Assembly (NCBI GenBank): GCA_964453345.1
Contig: CAYVOC010000026.1
Span: 1-19,261, forward strand
Direction: 5' to 3'
DNA from: an uncultured Aquificales bacterium
GTDB lineage: Bacteria; Thermosulfidibacterota; Thermosulfidibacteria; Thermosulfidibacterales; Thermosulfidibacteraceae
DNA: 19,261 nucleotides
Positions 1-9,863 of this stretch are shown here, in pieces. Every line of letters starts with the position of its first letter. The first letter of the stretch is position 1. The notes under the pieces are model-generated. The model saw only the letters and a list, made by a program, of their open reading frames with translations, ran no database searches and had not been told where the DNA came from. A program made the translations under genes and the position numbers.

Positions 1-1773
1 TCATTCCCTCTTTCTTTTCCCTATCTCCCTGTTGTAGGCTTCTATGATCTCTCTGAAGCGGAGTATTCCGAGGATTCTGTTGGGATCGTCCTTTGCGCAT
101 ACAAGTGCGAATCTTAAGTTTCCATCGAGCATTTTTATCAGAGCATCGTATAGGGAGGCCTCTTCGCTCACTATGACGGGTTTGACCATTATGTCCTCTG
201 CTATGAGGATCTCCTCGAATTCAACCTCTAAGAAGGCAGGTTTTATCCTGTCGAAGGCCACAACCCCCACGATGTTTCCGCCCATGTCTCTCACCGGGAC
301 GCAGTCCTGTTTCATCATGAGTTCCTTTATGTGCTTGAACTTTTCCGTTATGAGAACTCCTTTGAGCCTTTGAGGCCTGTATGCTTCTTTCACCTGTATG
401 TTTTCAAGGATGTTTATGGTCACGTCTCCGGCGTGGGCCGGGGAGTGGAACTTGTTCCACACCTGCTTTTCGTATATGGACCAGCGCCTTGTGAGAATCA
501 GGGATATTATGGATACTAAAAGCAGCGGGGTTATCAGCTCGTATCCTCCGGTCATCTCGCTGCACATGAGAAGCGATCCTATGGGTGCGTTTGCCACCCC
601 TGCGAAGAACCCTGACATTCCCACGACCACGTATATCCCTGGCTCTGTCACGATGTTGGGGAAAAAGTGGTGGGCGGTGAACCCCACCATTCCCCCTATC
701 ATTCCACCTATAAATAGGGTGGGGCCAAAGACTCCGCCGGATCCCCCGGAGGCGATGGTGAAGCTTGTGGCGGCTATCTTCAGCAGGATCAGTATGTATA
801 GGATGTGCAGATCAAGCCTGCCGAAGATGGCCTTCTGTATCCAGCCCCAGCCGTCCCCATATACCTGCGGATAAAGCAGTCCCAGCACTCCCACCATGAG
901 CCCACCGACAGCGGGTTTGAGTATTTGTGGAACAGGCATGGGTTTGAAGATTCTGTCCCTGCAAAAGTAGAAGAATTTTACATAGAAGGCCCCCAAGGGA
1001 ACGCACAATAATCCCAGAACAATAAAGAAGGGGAGTTCCCGTATGTCCCTGAAGTAATACTCCGGGATGGAGAAGATCTTGTCGTGTCCAAAGACCTGGG
1101 TGAAGATTATGTATCCGGTTATTGAGGAGATGACGGTGGGTATCAGTGCCTCTGTTTCAAGATCCTCCTTGTAGAGAACCTCCATTGCTGTGAGCGCTCC
1201 TCCCAACGGCGCCCTGAAGATCGCCCCTAAACCTCCGCCGGCTCCGGCTATGAGCATGATCCTTCTCTCCTTGGGGGTGAGTTTGAGCTTCTGGGCGAAG
1301 AAGGAGCCGAAGCCTGCGCCTATCTGTATGGTTGGGCCCTCTCTGCCTGCAGATCCCCCTGTTCCAAGAACGGCCACGGTTGCGATGGTTTTGATTATGG
1401 GAACCCTTCCCCTTATGGCCCCCTTCTTGTAGTGGAAGGCCTCTATCATGGCGTCTGTTCCGTGTCCCTCCGCCTCGGGGGCGAAAAGATACACCAGAAT
1501 GCCCGATACGAGCCCTCCTATTGCCGGCATGATGAAAAAGAGCCATCGGTTGAAGGGGGCGCAATGGGTTCCCTGGAAGAGCCTTTCCCCGTAGGGTGCG
1601 GGGGCTTCAAAGCCGGCTACATGGCACATTATAAAATGTTTTGTGTGCTCAAGCAGCCAGAAGAAGAGGGCTGAGCCCGTTCCCGCAATGGTTCCTATTA
1701 TGAGGCCGTATATTACCCATCTGCCGGACTCTTCGAGCCTCAGCTCATGAATTATCCTTCTGAGAAGCTTCAT
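1..1773 (-). CDS. CLC (EriC/ClcA-family) chloride channel/transporter with C-terminal CBS pair
   Basis: 590 aa with many hydrophobic helices. CLC signatures GHGTD (GSGIP position), GREGP (gating Glu145), GVFGP (GxFxP) and SIYEKQ (central Tyr). The soluble C-terminus resembles CBS domains ([31 protein letters not shown]). Stop at 1-3; start overlaps the end of hslO by 29 nt. Confidence 0.93.
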   Translation of the reverse strand: MKLLRRIIHELRLEESGRWVIYGLIIGTIAGTGSALFFWLLEHTKHFIMCHVAGFEAPAPYGERLFQGTHCAPFNRWLFFIMPAIGGLVSGILVYLFAPEAEGHGTDAMIEAFHYKKGAIRGRVPIIKTIATVAVLGTGGSAGREGPTIQIGAGFGSFFAQKLKLTPKERRIMLIAGAGGGLGAIFRAPLGGALTAMEVLYKEDLETEALIPTVISSITGYIIFTQVFGHDKIFSIPEYYFRDIRELPFFIVLGLLCVPLGAFYVKFFYFCRDRIFKPMPVPQILKPAVGGLMVGVLGLLYPQVYGDGWGWIQKAIFGRLDLHILYILILLKIAATSFTIASGGSGGVFGPTLFIGGMIGGMVGFTAHHFFPNIVTEPGIYVVVGMSGFFAGVANAPIGSLLMCSEMTGGYELITPLLLVSIISLILTRRWSIYEKQVWNKFHSPAHAGDVTINILENIQVKEAYRPQRLKGVLITEKFKHIKELMMKQDCVPVRDMGGNIVGVVAFDRIKPAFLEVEFEEILIAEDIMVKPVIVSEEASLYDALIKMLDGNLRFALVCAKDDPNRILGILRFREIIEAYNREIGKRKRE

Positions 1774-2719
1774 TCCTTATCTTCTCAACCTCTTCTTTTG
1801 TGAAGGTGTATACTTTGCCGCAGTAGTTGCAGGATACTTCAAGTTTGCTGTGCTTTTCAAAGATCTCTGATAGCTCTTTTTCACTCAGGGATGCCACTAT
1901 TTCCTCAATAATTTTCTTGCTACACGGACAATAGTATTTCACCTCCTTTAGTCCTATCAGGTGGGGACCCATCCCTTCGAGTATGGTTGTGGCAATATCT
2001 TCGGGCCTTTTGCCTTCCTCGAGCATCTGGGTTACAGGAGGCAGATTTTTCACCCTCCTTTCTATCTCCTCCACAACCTCGGGCGAGGCGCCGCCCAGGG
2101 GCTGGACGAGGTATCCCCCCGCCTGCTTGACCGTTCCCTCTTCTCCCACAAGCACCCCGAGGGCCACCGCTGACGGGATCTGCTCGGACTTCCACAGATA
2201 ATAGGCTATGTCCTCGGCTATCTCACCGGAAATCAGGGGCACAACTCCTATGTAGGGATCCTTCATGCCCAGGTCCTTTATGACCACGAGCCTTCCGGAT
2301 CCTACTATCCCGGATATGTCAAACTTCCTTTTGCCGTCTATCTCCTTGATTAGATTCTCGACGGGTTGAGTGTTGACCATGCAGCGAGCGTTTCCGAATC
2401 CATCCACTTCGGCCACAATGCTTTTGATGGGGCCTTCCGTCTCCAGCTTCAGCACCAGCTTTTGATTGCTTGCGTGCTTTATCATGCTTGATAAAAGCAG
2501 CGCTCCGGAGATGACCCTTCCGGTTAGGGCGGCAAGTATGGGGGTGAGTCCGTGGATCATCTGGGCCCTTTTGACGGTGTTGGTCGATTTCAGTGCATAG
2601 ACACGCACAGGTTCCCTTTCGGCAACCGCTATGACCATGTAGTCCCGATCCTGGAAGTAGTCTTTCAGATCCCTTTTCACCTGCTCGTCCATTCTTTTGC
2701 CGAATCTTTCTATGCCCAT
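1745..2719 (-). CDS. hslO: Hsp33 redox-regulated molecular chaperone
   Basis: [26 protein letters not shown] and AGGYLVQPL motifs; C-terminal Zn motif CPC...CNYC; GGAGG about 7 nt upstream of ATG 2719. Confidence 0.95.
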   Translation of the reverse strand: MGIERFGKRMDEQVKRDLKDYFQDRDYMVIAVAEREPVRVYALKSTNTVKRAQMIHGLTPILAALTGRVISGALLLSSMIKHASNQKLVLKLETEGPIKSIVAEVDGFGNARCMVNTQPVENLIKEIDGKRKFDISGIVGSGRLVVIKDLGMKDPYIGVVPLISGEIAEDIAYYLWKSEQIPSAVALGVLVGEEGTVKQAGGYLVQPLGGASPEVVEEIERRVKNLPPVTQMLEEGKRPEDIATTILEGMGPHLIGLKEVKYYCPCSKKIIEEIVASLSEKELSEIFEKHSKLEVSCNYCGKVYTFTKEEVEKIRNEASQKDNS

Positions 2720-2723
2720 GCTC

Positions 2724-4481
2724 CTACCTCCATATCTCTTGCAGTTTTGCTATCACGTCTTCCGCCAGGCTTTTGGGAATGTTGCAGTGTTTCGCCAGCT
2801 CCTCGGGGGTCGGGATCCGGGGATGTATCTCCGCTAAATAGTTTAGGATGCGGACCCTTCTTGCCGGTCCCACCCCCTTTATCTGCTCAAGTTCCCCTTC
2901 CAGAAAGCTTCTGCTTCTGAGCCTCTTGTGGTAGCTGAGGGCGAACCTGTGACTCTCGTCCCTGATCCTCTGCAACAGGTGATAGACGGGATGCCCCTTG
3001 GGTATGTGTATCTCACCTTCTGTGGTCCATATGTGGTCCCTGTCGTCCCCCTTGGATATGGCGATCACTTCGGTTTCCCATCCGGCCTCCTCTATTACCC
3101 TGTGAACCCTCTTCAGCTGTCCCGGTCCTCCGTCAACGAGAATGAGGTCGGGCCTCTTCCATTCCCCATGGTTTATGCGCCTTCTGATCACCTCTTCGTG
3201 CATGGCGTAGTCGTCTATGCCGGAGACCTGTTTTATTTTGAATCTTCTGTATTGGGATTTTGCAGGCTTTCCGTGTTCAAATACCACCATGGACCCCACC
3301 GCCTCTTTCCCCATAATGTTGGATATATCATAGCCTTCTATCCTGATAGGGGGTTTCTTTAGCTTAAGCAGCCTTCGGGCCTCTTCGAGGATCTCTTCGG
3401 CTTCCCTCTTTTCCCTTAAGAACTCTTCTATTCTCTCTGCTGCCTTTGAGGCGGCGAAGTTCAAAACATTGGAGGTTTCGCTGTTGTAGGGAAGGGCTAT
3501 TTTGATGTTCAGTAATTTCTCCCACTGGGGATCGATGGGTTCCGGAACCAGTATCTGTGGAGGATTGCTTGGGGAGTTCCGGTAGAAGTCTCTGAAGAGG
3601 GCTTCAAGGGCCTCCTGTTTTGTGGCTCCCTCGAAGATAAAGGGCTTTTCTCCCACCACCATGCCCTTTCTGATGAAGATGACGCTGAGGCAGACCGTAT
3701 CCATCCTGTGGGCTATCCCTATGGCGTCCATGTCCGCCTTCTCCTGAAGGAGGACCCTTTGTCTTTCCATGATGCGCTTTATGGAGAAGATCCTGTCCCT
3801 CAGGCGGGCTGCCCTTTCAAACTCAAGCCTTTCCGCTGCCTCCTCCATCTCACGGGTGAGCCGTTCCACTATGCTGTTGCCCTCCCCCTCCATCACCCTG
3901 ATCAGTTCCTCAACCGTTTCCATGTAGGTTCTTCTCTCCACCATGCCGCAGCAGGGGCCTAAGCACTTGCCCATCTGATAGTTTAAGCATGGCCTTTTCT
4001 GGCGGCTTTTTGTGAGATCCCTTTTGCAGCGCCTTATGGGAAAGCTCTGGGTCAGAACCTTTATGGTCTCCCTTACAGCCCAGGCGGGAACGTAGGGTCC
4101 GTAGTATTTGGATCCGTCCTTTTCAACCTTTCTTGTTATCTCTATGTAGGGGTAGGGATCGCTTAGGGCTATCCTTATGTAGGGGTAGTTTTTGTCATCC
4201 TTCAGCATAACGTTGAAGGGAGGGCGATGTGTTTTTATCAGGTTGTTTTCAAGTATGAAGGCGTCAAGTTCGGTGTCGGTTGTGATCATCTCAAGGCTCT
4301 CTGCTTTTTTCAGCATTACGGATATCTTGTGGGGGACATTGCTTGACAGGTAACTCCTCAGCCTGTTTCTCAGGTTTTTTGCCTTGCCAACATAGAGGAC
4401 GCTTCCCTCTGCATCCCTGAAGATGTATACCCCGCATTTGGCGGGCGCCTGTTTTATAGTTTCGATAATCTGTTCCTTCAT
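2724..4481 (-). CDS. uvrC: Excinuclease ABC subunit C
   Basis: GIY-YIG domain ([20 protein letters not shown]), Cys-rich region (C..C..C..C), UVR domain ([11 protein letters not shown]), RNase H-like domain ([26 protein letters not shown]) and HhH. Start revised from 4520 to ATG 4481 (MKEQIIE), which forms an ATGA overlap with the purF stop. Confidence 0.96.
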   Translation of the reverse strand: MKEQIIETIKQAPAKCGVYIFRDAEGSVLYVGKAKNLRNRLRSYLSSNVPHKISVMLKKAESLEMITTDTELDAFILENNLIKTHRPPFNVMLKDDKNYPYIRIALSDPYPYIEITRKVEKDGSKYYGPYVPAWAVRETIKVLTQSFPIRRCKRDLTKSRQKRPCLNYQMGKCLGPCCGMVERRTYMETVEELIRVMEGEGNSIVERLTREMEEAAERLEFERAARLRDRIFSIKRIMERQRVLLQEKADMDAIGIAHRMDTVCLSVIFIRKGMVVGEKPFIFEGATKQEALEALFRDFYRNSPSNPPQILVPEPIDPQWEKLLNIKIALPYNSETSNVLNFAASKAAERIEEFLREKREAEEILEEARRLLKLKKPPIRIEGYDISNIMGKEAVGSMVVFEHGKPAKSQYRRFKIKQVSGIDDYAMHEEVIRRRINHGEWKRPDLILVDGGPGQLKRVHRVIEEAGWETEVIAISKGDDRDHIWTTEGEIHIPKGHPVYHLLQRIRDESHRFALSYHKRLRSRSFLEGELEQIKGVGPARRVRILNYLAEIHPRIPTPEELAKHCNIPKSLAEDVIAKLQEIWR

Positions 4482-5842
4482 GCCTTTATGGGGTAGTCCC
4501 CGGTGAAGCAGGCCAGACAAAAGGGATGCTCATCAATGGTGTATCCAGCCGCCTCTATCATCCCCTCAAGGCTTAAGTATTGGAGGCTGTCTGCGGTTAT
4601 GAATCTTCTTATCTCTTCAATAGTGTGGGAGGATGCGATGAGCTCCCTTCTCGTGGGGGTGTCTATGCCGTAGAAGCAGGAATGGGTGATGGGAGGGGAG
4701 CTGATCTTCATGTGCACCTCTTTTGCCCCGGCGGATCTGATCATCTTGACTATCTTCATGGAGGTTGTGCCCCTGACTATGGAATCGTCTATGACCACAA
4801 CCCTTTTGCCTTCAAGGACCCTGCGCACCGGATTCAGCTTCACCTTCACCCCGAAGTGCCTCACCGAATCCTTGGGTTCAATGAAGGTTCTTCCGACGTA
4901 GTGGTTTCTTATCAGTCCCATCTCAAAGGGAAGCCCGGACTCCTTGGAGAATCCTAAGGCTGCAACGATTCCCGAGTCAGGAACGGGTATCACGATGTCT
5001 GCTTCACAATCGCTTTCCCTTGCCAGGGCCCTTCCGAAGTTCAGCCTTACCTCGTAAACTTCCTTGCCGAAAACGATGGAGTCGGGTCTGGCGAAGTATA
5101 TGTATTCAAATATGCAGTGGTGCTTGGGTTGCTCCTCAAAGGGGAACCAGGATTCAACTCCCCTGCTGCTTATACTGAGGACCTCACCGGGCCTTATCTC
5201 CCTCACGTAGGTCGCATCTATCAGGTCAAGGGCGCAGGTTTCTGAGGCTATTACATAGGCATCCTTGAGCATGCCCAGCACCAGCGGCCTTATCCCCCAG
5301 GGATCTCTGACGGCTATCAGCTCATCTTCCCTCAGTATAAGTAGGGAAAAGGCCCCCTTGAGCTGTCTTAGTGCGTAGTTCAGGCTTTCTCTGAAGTCAT
5401 CATAGGGCGCCCTTGATATGAGATGGACCAGGACTTCCGTGTCCATGCTTGATTGGAAGATCGCTCCTTCTGCCTCAAGCCTGTTTCTTATGGCGTGGGC
5501 GTTTACAAGATTACCGTTGTGGGCCACGGCCAGCTCGCCGTATTTGAAGTTGACAAAAAGGGGCTGGGCGTTCTTCAGGGTGCTCTCCCCGGTTGTGGAG
5601 TATCTGTTGTGGCCAATGGCGATGTGTCCCTTGAGGAATTCCAAGGCGCCCTTGTCAAAGATGTCGGCCACAAGCCCCATCTTTTTGACCATGTGGATCT
5701 CTTTGCCGTTCCAGGCGGCTATACCTGCGCTTTCCTGCCCTCTGTGCTGCAGGGCGTAAAGGCACAGGTAAACCAGGTTTGCCGCTTCAGGGTGCCCATA
5801 TACCCCGGCTATCCCGCACTTTTCATTCCACATGTGCACCAT
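4478..5842 (-). CDS. purF: Amidophosphoribosyltransferase (B. subtilis-type: propeptide plus [4Fe-4S] ligands)
   Basis: EKCGIAG with the nucleophile Cys after a short propeptide, [22 protein letters not shown], and PRPP loop [12 protein letters not shown]. Four Fe-S Cys in CIFE, CFYG and CLAC. TGATG overlap with the NUDIX gene; alternative start at 5833. Confidence 0.97.
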   Translation of the reverse strand: MVHMWNEKCGIAGVYGHPEAANLVYLCLYALQHRGQESAGIAAWNGKEIHMVKKMGLVADIFDKGALEFLKGHIAIGHNRYSTTGESTLKNAQPLFVNFKYGELAVAHNGNLVNAHAIRNRLEAEGAIFQSSMDTEVLVHLISRAPYDDFRESLNYALRQLKGAFSLLILREDELIAVRDPWGIRPLVLGMLKDAYVIASETCALDLIDATYVREIRPGEVLSISSRGVESWFPFEEQPKHHCIFEYIYFARPDSIVFGKEVYEVRLNFGRALARESDCEADIVIPVPDSGIVAALGFSKESGLPFEMGLIRNHYVGRTFIEPKDSVRHFGVKVKLNPVRRVLEGKRVVVIDDSIVRGTTSMKIVKMIRSAGAKEVHMKISSPPITHSCFYGIDTPTRRELIASSHTIEEIRRFITADSLQYLSLEGMIEAAGYTIDEHPFCLACFTGDYPIKA

Positions 5843-6282
5843 CAGTATCTTCCCTCAAGATAATCCTTTATTATCCTTGCGTGATCAAAGACAAGCTTTT
5901 CGAAGGGAATTTCTTCGGGTTTGAAGGCCACGGCTCTTTTGGCATCGTCTCCACCTTTTGGAGTTCCCCGGGCCTTTGCTATGAATACAACGGTTATGGT
6001 GTGGTGTCTGGGATCCCTGTCAGGGTCCGAGTATGCGTGAAACTGCCTCACAAGCTCCACGTCAAGCCCTGTCTCCTCCTTGGCCTCTCTGACCGCTGCC
6101 TCTTCGAGGCTTTCGCCGTAGTCAACGAATCCGCCGGGCAGTGCCCATCCCAGTGGCGGATTCTTCCTCTCAACGAGGACTATCCCCTCCGGCGTCTCTA
6201 TTATTATGTCAACTGTTGGTATGGGGTTTTTATAAACCTCTATCTCGCAACCACATTTGGGGCATTTTATGGTTCTTTTCAT
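5842..6282 (-). CDS. NUDIX hydrolase, probable ADP-ribose pyrophosphatase
   Basis: Complete Nudix box [28 protein letters not shown] and GDDA motifs, FDH near the C-terminus, N-terminal CPKCG; ATGA overlap with the upstream ketosynthase gene. Confidence 0.9.
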   Translation of the reverse strand: MKRTIKCPKCGCEIEVYKNPIPTVDIIIETPEGIVLVERKNPPLGWALPGGFVDYGESLEEAAVREAKEETGLDVELVRQFHAYSDPDRDPRHHTITVVFIAKARGTPKGGDDAKRAVAFKPEEIPFEKLVFDHARIIKDYLEGRY

Positions 6283-7391
6283 TCCAGCACCTCCATGTGT
6301 ATTGAGCTGAAGAAACCGCCGAATCCTGCAGATACAGACACTATGCCGCCGCCCTTGAAGGGTGATTCCTTAAGGGCAGGGGCTATCCCTTCACATTCGG
6401 GATCTATTCTTTTCAGGTTCTTTATGGGGGGTATGGTTCCCTTTTCCTTTATGTTTTTCAGTAGCATCAGGGTTTCGGTCAGCCCGGACGAGACCACAGA
6501 ATGGCCCGCTACAGGTTTCAGGGCCGTTATGGTGGCCTCCTTTCCGAAAAGCCTCTTGTAGGCTGCGGCCTCCGCCCTGTCGTTGAGACGGGTTCCCGTG
6601 GCGTGGGCCTTTACAATTTTGGGGTTGGCTTCTGGAGGCAGGGACAGCTCAACAGCCCTGACGAAGGCTTCACCATCTTCCCTTAGGGAGAACATGTGCA
6701 GGGCATCGCAAACCCTGCCGTATCCCGTTATTGCGGCTATGGGCTTAAGATTCTCTCTTTGCGCAACCTTTTCAGAGCAGAGTATGGCAACGGCCATCCC
6801 GTCAGAGAACACGGTGCCGTCTCTGTCTGCATCGAAGGGGGCTATTATACCCTTCTGGCTGAGCACTCCCAGATTCCTGTGGTAGGCGGTTCTCGGAACA
6901 GAGGCCATGCTGTTTACGGTGGCGGCAAGGGCTACCTCCGCTTCCCCTGCTGCTATCATCTTGGACGCCAGCCCCAGCACATCTATCCCTGAGGAGCAGA
7001 CGTGATCTATCCCCAGCCCAAGGTAAAAGTCCAGGCCCATGTAGCTGGCAAGTATGTAGTTGACGCCGTTGTGGGTGAAGATAAAGCCGTCTGAGGGACC
7101 TATGCGGTCGGCCTCTTTGAAGGATAGGAGATCCCTTTCCGCCTCAAGCTTTGCCGCTGCCACTATGGCGCACCGGTATTTTAGGCATACCTCCAGCTCT
7201 TCAAGGGTGTCCACCAGACTCACGAGGGCCTTGAGGACATCGGGAAGCCTTCTGAAGAGCTTCCATCTTCTGGTGGGTTTTTTGACGTGTCTTTCCCACC
7301 GGATCCTGCCGTAGAATTTAACCGGCAAATTTTCCGTATCTGTAAAGCTTTGCGGTTTTAAAAAATTCCCGTTTGCCAAAAGCACAAACAT
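6279..7391 (-). CDS. Divergent beta-ketoacyl synthase (FabB/FabF-like condensing enzyme)
   Basis: Catalytic triad positions retained: HVC132SSG, AH263ATGT..ND.AE, K292PVAGH297S. Also PFDADRDG and a C-terminal SAGFGG loop. The N-terminal ~120 aa does not resemble canonical FabF. Confidence 0.85.
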   Translation of the reverse strand: MFVLLANGNFLKPQSFTDTENLPVKFYGRIRWERHVKKPTRRWKLFRRLPDVLKALVSLVDTLEELEVCLKYRCAIVAAAKLEAERDLLSFKEADRIGPSDGFIFTHNGVNYILASYMGLDFYLGLGIDHVCSSGIDVLGLASKMIAAGEAEVALAATVNSMASVPRTAYHRNLGVLSQKGIIAPFDADRDGTVFSDGMAVAILCSEKVAQRENLKPIAAITGYGRVCDALHMFSLREDGEAFVRAVELSLPPEANPKIVKAHATGTRLNDRAEAAAYKRLFGKEATITALKPVAGHSVVSSGLTETLMLLKNIKEKGTIPPIKNLKRIDPECEGIAPALKESPFKGGGIVSVSAGFGGFFSSIHMEVLE

Positions 7392-7421
7392 AGTTTACTC
7401 TTTTACCACTGTTGCGGGGCC

Positions 7422-7459
7422 GGTCAAGGTTGACAACCATTATAATTGCTGTTTAATCT
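7422..7459. promoter_or_regulatory. Divergent sigma70-type promoter region with back-to-back -35 elements
   Basis: On + strand, perfect TTGACA at 7430-7435 with TAATCT at 7454-7459 (18-nt spacer). On - strand, TTGACC at 7427-7422. AT-rich 107-bp gap between divergent genes. Confidence 0.55.
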
Positions 7460-7498
7460 CTAAGGGCTAATAAAAAACTGCCTTAAGGGGGTAGCCAG

Positions 7499-8155
7499 AT
7501 GGAGGAGACCAAGGTAGTTGAAAGGGTCATTGAAAAGGATGGGGGTGGAGCAAAGGTTATAGGAATTGTGGCCATAATTATCGCCATTATTGCTCTGGTT
7601 GTGGGGCTTTCCGGCTTGGGAGTAAAGAGCGAGGTTAAAAAGGTTGAGAAGTTTGCCGAAACCATCGCCAACAAGGAGGCAGCCCTGGAGCTTAAGGCGA
7701 CCCAGATGGAGCTCATCTCCTGTTTGGACAGGGTTTATGCCCTCACCATGGTTGAGAGGGATTATCAGGGTGCTGCTGTTGAACTTGCCAAGGCTCAGAA
7801 GCTTCTTGATGCCCTCAAGGGGAACATGGATGCGGATGCCTACGCCAAGGTTGAGAAGACCATGAAGGCTCTCAAGGCGGAGATTGATAGAGGTCCTTCT
7901 CCCATACCCATGCTGATAGCCCAGCTCAGAAGTGATATTTCGTCTGGCGTAAAATTTGCTGCGGCTGCTCCAGCTGGTGAAGCTAAGAAGGAGGCCAAGA
8001 AGGTTGAGGCCAAGAAGGAGTCTGCGGCTGTGGAGAAGAAGGTTGAGATCAAGAGGCCTGTTGCAGCCGCCAGGCCCGCCGAGGAGGAGGAAGGGGGACT
8101 TAAAAAGGCTTACCTGTTCTGGAAGAGGCTGGGTGAGTCCCTGGTCAGAAAGTAA
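7499..8155 (+). CDS. Hypothetical single-pass membrane-anchored protein with helical/coiled-coil body and Ala/Glu/Lys-rich linker
   Basis: 218 aa ORF with RBS AAGGGGG upstream and strong coding-like codon bias. One hydrophobic segment (VIGIVAIIIAIIALVVGLSGLGV), heptad-like helices and EAKK repeats. No family recognised. Confidence 0.8.
   Translation: MEETKVVERVIEKDGGGAKVIGIVAIIIAIIALVVGLSGLGVKSEVKKVEKFAETIANKEAALELKATQMELISCLDRVYALTMVERDYQGAAVELAKAQKLLDALKGNMDADAYAKVEKTMKALKAEIDRGPSPIPMLIAQLRSDISSGVKFAAAAPAGEAKKEAKKVEAKKESAAVEKKVEIKRPVAAARPAEEEEGGLKKAYLFWKRLGESLVRK
7979..8018 (+). repeat. Short coding repeat, EAKK x3
   Basis: GAGGCCAAGAAGG occurs at 7991-8003 and 8006-8018, preceded by GAAGCTAAGAAG. 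Confidence 0.6.
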
Positions 8156-9100
8156 GTGCTAAAAGTAGAGGATCTGTTTGTAGAGTTCCGCATTCCCGAC
8201 GGCAAAAAGGAGGCCCTTTGCGGGGTCTCCTTTTCTGTTTATGAGGGGGAGGTATACTGTCTCTTAGGAGAATCGGGTTCCGGTAAAACGGCCCTTCTTA
8301 AGGCCATCATGGGGCTTTTGCCTCCCAATGCCTCCTGTCGCGGTCGGATTATCTTTGACGGTGTTGACCTCCTTGCGCTTCCGCCAGAGGAGATCAGAAG
8401 ATACAGGGGCAGAAAAATAGCCATGGTCTTTCAGGAGCCGCTGACGGCCCTTAACCCAACCATGCAGGTTGGCAGGCAGGTTGCGGAGGTCCTTGAGGTG
8501 CACTTTGGGGTTGGTGAGAGGGAGGCTAAGGAGAGGGTTGTTGAACTTTTCAGGGATCTTGGCATCCCGGATCCAGAGCAGAGATACCACCATTATCCCC
8601 ATTCCTTCAGCGGCGGGATGAGGCAGAGGGTGGTTATAGCCATGGCCCTTGTGGCTGATCCGAGGCTGATCCTTGCCGATGAGCCTACCACCGCTCTGGA
8701 TGTGACTGTGCAGGCCCAGATACTCAGGCTTTTGAGGGAGGCTGTTGAGAAGCGGGGTGCCTCCATGATCTTTGTGACCCATGACATATCGGTGGCGGCG
8801 GAGATCGGTGATAGGGTGGGGATACTCTACAGGGGCTATATGGTGGAGGAGGGAAGCGTGGAGGAGGTCCTTTCGAATCCCCTTCATCCCTACACCCTTT
8901 CTCTTATAGAGGCCCTGCCCCTTCCCGGTAAGCCTGTGAAGGCCGTCGCTTCTGAGGATAGGGAGTTACCCGCCGGTGGATGTCCCTACTATGGAAGGTG
9001 TCAGGATGCTGAAAAGAGATGCAGGGATGTGTTGCCAGAGCTGGTGGATGTCTGTAAAGGGCATAGGGTCAGATGTCTGAAAAAAGTGGGGAGGGCTTGA
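8156..9100 (+). CDS. Oligopeptide/dipeptide ABC transporter ATP-binding protein (DppD/OppD-type)
   Basis: Walker [10 protein letters not shown]-loop MVFQEP..ALNP, signature FSGGMRQRV, Walker [20 protein letters not shown] and a C-terminal Cys cluster. GTG start directly after the upstream TAA. Confidence 0.93.
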   Translation: MLKVEDLFVEFRIPDGKKEALCGVSFSVYEGEVYCLLGESGSGKTALLKAIMGLLPPNASCRGRIIFDGVDLLALPPEEIRRYRGRKIAMVFQEPLTALNPTMQVGRQVAEVLEVHFGVGEREAKERVVELFRDLGIPDPEQRYHHYPHSFSGGMRQRVVIAMALVADPRLILADEPTTALDVTVQAQILRLLREAVEKRGASMIFVTHDISVAAEIGDRVGILYRGYMVEEGSVEEVLSNPLHPYTLSLIEALPLPGKPVKAVASEDRELPAGGCPYYGRCQDAEKRCRDVLPELVDVCKGHRVRCLKKVGRA

Positions 9101-9101
9101 G

Positions 9102-9863
9102 GTGCTGAGGATAGAGAACCTGAGGGTTGAGGTTGCAGGCAAAGAGATACTGCACGGCATAAACCTTGAGGTTCCAAGGGGCAGGGTTATCGCTCTTATG
9201 GGACCCAACGGTTCCGGAAAGAGCACGCTGATAATGACCATAATGGGCTTTTCCGGATACAGGGTGGTTGAGGGCAAGATCTGGTTCAAGGGTGTGGATA
9301 TAACGGATATGCCGGTATATGAGAGGGTTAGGCTTGGCATAGGGCTGGCCTTTCAGAGGCCTCCCGTGATAAAGGGGGTGAAGACGAGGCAGATCGTGGA
9401 GATAGCCGCTGCCGCAAGGGGCAGGGAGGTTGATGTTGAAAATCTTGCAAAAGAGTTGAACATGCTGGATTTTCTGGACAGGGATGTGAACGATGGCTTT
9501 TCCGGTGGGGAGATGAAAAGGTCTGAAATTCTTCAGCTCATGGCCATGGAACCCGATCTTCTTTTGCTTGATGAGCCGGAGTCCGGGGTGGATCTTGAAA
9601 GCATAGGGCTTCTGGGCAGGGCCATAAACAGGATCCTGGGAAGAGATGTTGAACCCAATGGCAAAAGGAGCCTGAAGGAGATAAGGGCGCAGAAGGCAAA
9701 AAGCGCTCTTATAATAACCCATACGGGCCATATCCTGAACTATGTTAATGCTGATCTTGGATACGTTCTTATAAACGGTCGCATTGTCTGCTCGGGCAAT
9801 CCGAGGGAGATTTTGAAGACAGTGGAAAAATACGGATACAGGGAGTGTGAGAGATGTCTGTAG
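9102..9863 (+). CDS. sufC: SufC-like Fe-S assembly ATPase (SmsC type)
   Basis: [49 protein letters not shown]-terminal C230-X18-C249-X2-C252; adjacent to a SufB/D-family gene. Confidence 0.9.
   Translation: MLRIENLRVEVAGKEILHGINLEVPRGRVIALMGPNGSGKSTLIMTIMGFSGYRVVEGKIWFKGVDITDMPVYERVRLGIGLAFQRPPVIKGVKTRQIVEIAAAARGREVDVENLAKELNMLDFLDRDVNDGFSGGEMKRSEILQLMAMEPDLLLLDEPESGVDLESIGLLGRAINRILGRDVEPNGKRSLKEIRAQKAKSALIITHTGHILNYVNADLGYVLINGRIVCSGNPREILKTVEKYGYRECERCL

Noticed and set aside
1..1773. Fluoride exporter (CLC-F) assignment
   Set aside because: Lacks the GNNLI/GMGLI and GREGT signatures, has GREGP, and has no leader space for a fluoride riboswitch.
4482..4520. N-terminal extension of uvrC given in the ORF track
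   Set aside because: It lies inside purF; ATG 4481 gives an ATGA overlap and a typical UvrC N-terminus.
5779..6561. 260-aa plus-strand ORF, and other short overlapping ORFs in the track (e.g. 9069-9923, 8264-8887, 14231-14884)
   Set aside because: All lie antisense or out of frame within well-supported genes and show no motifs.
7441..7446. Perfect TATAAT as the -10 partner of TTGACA 7430-7435
   Set aside because: The spacer is only 5 nt, so these cannot form one promoter.
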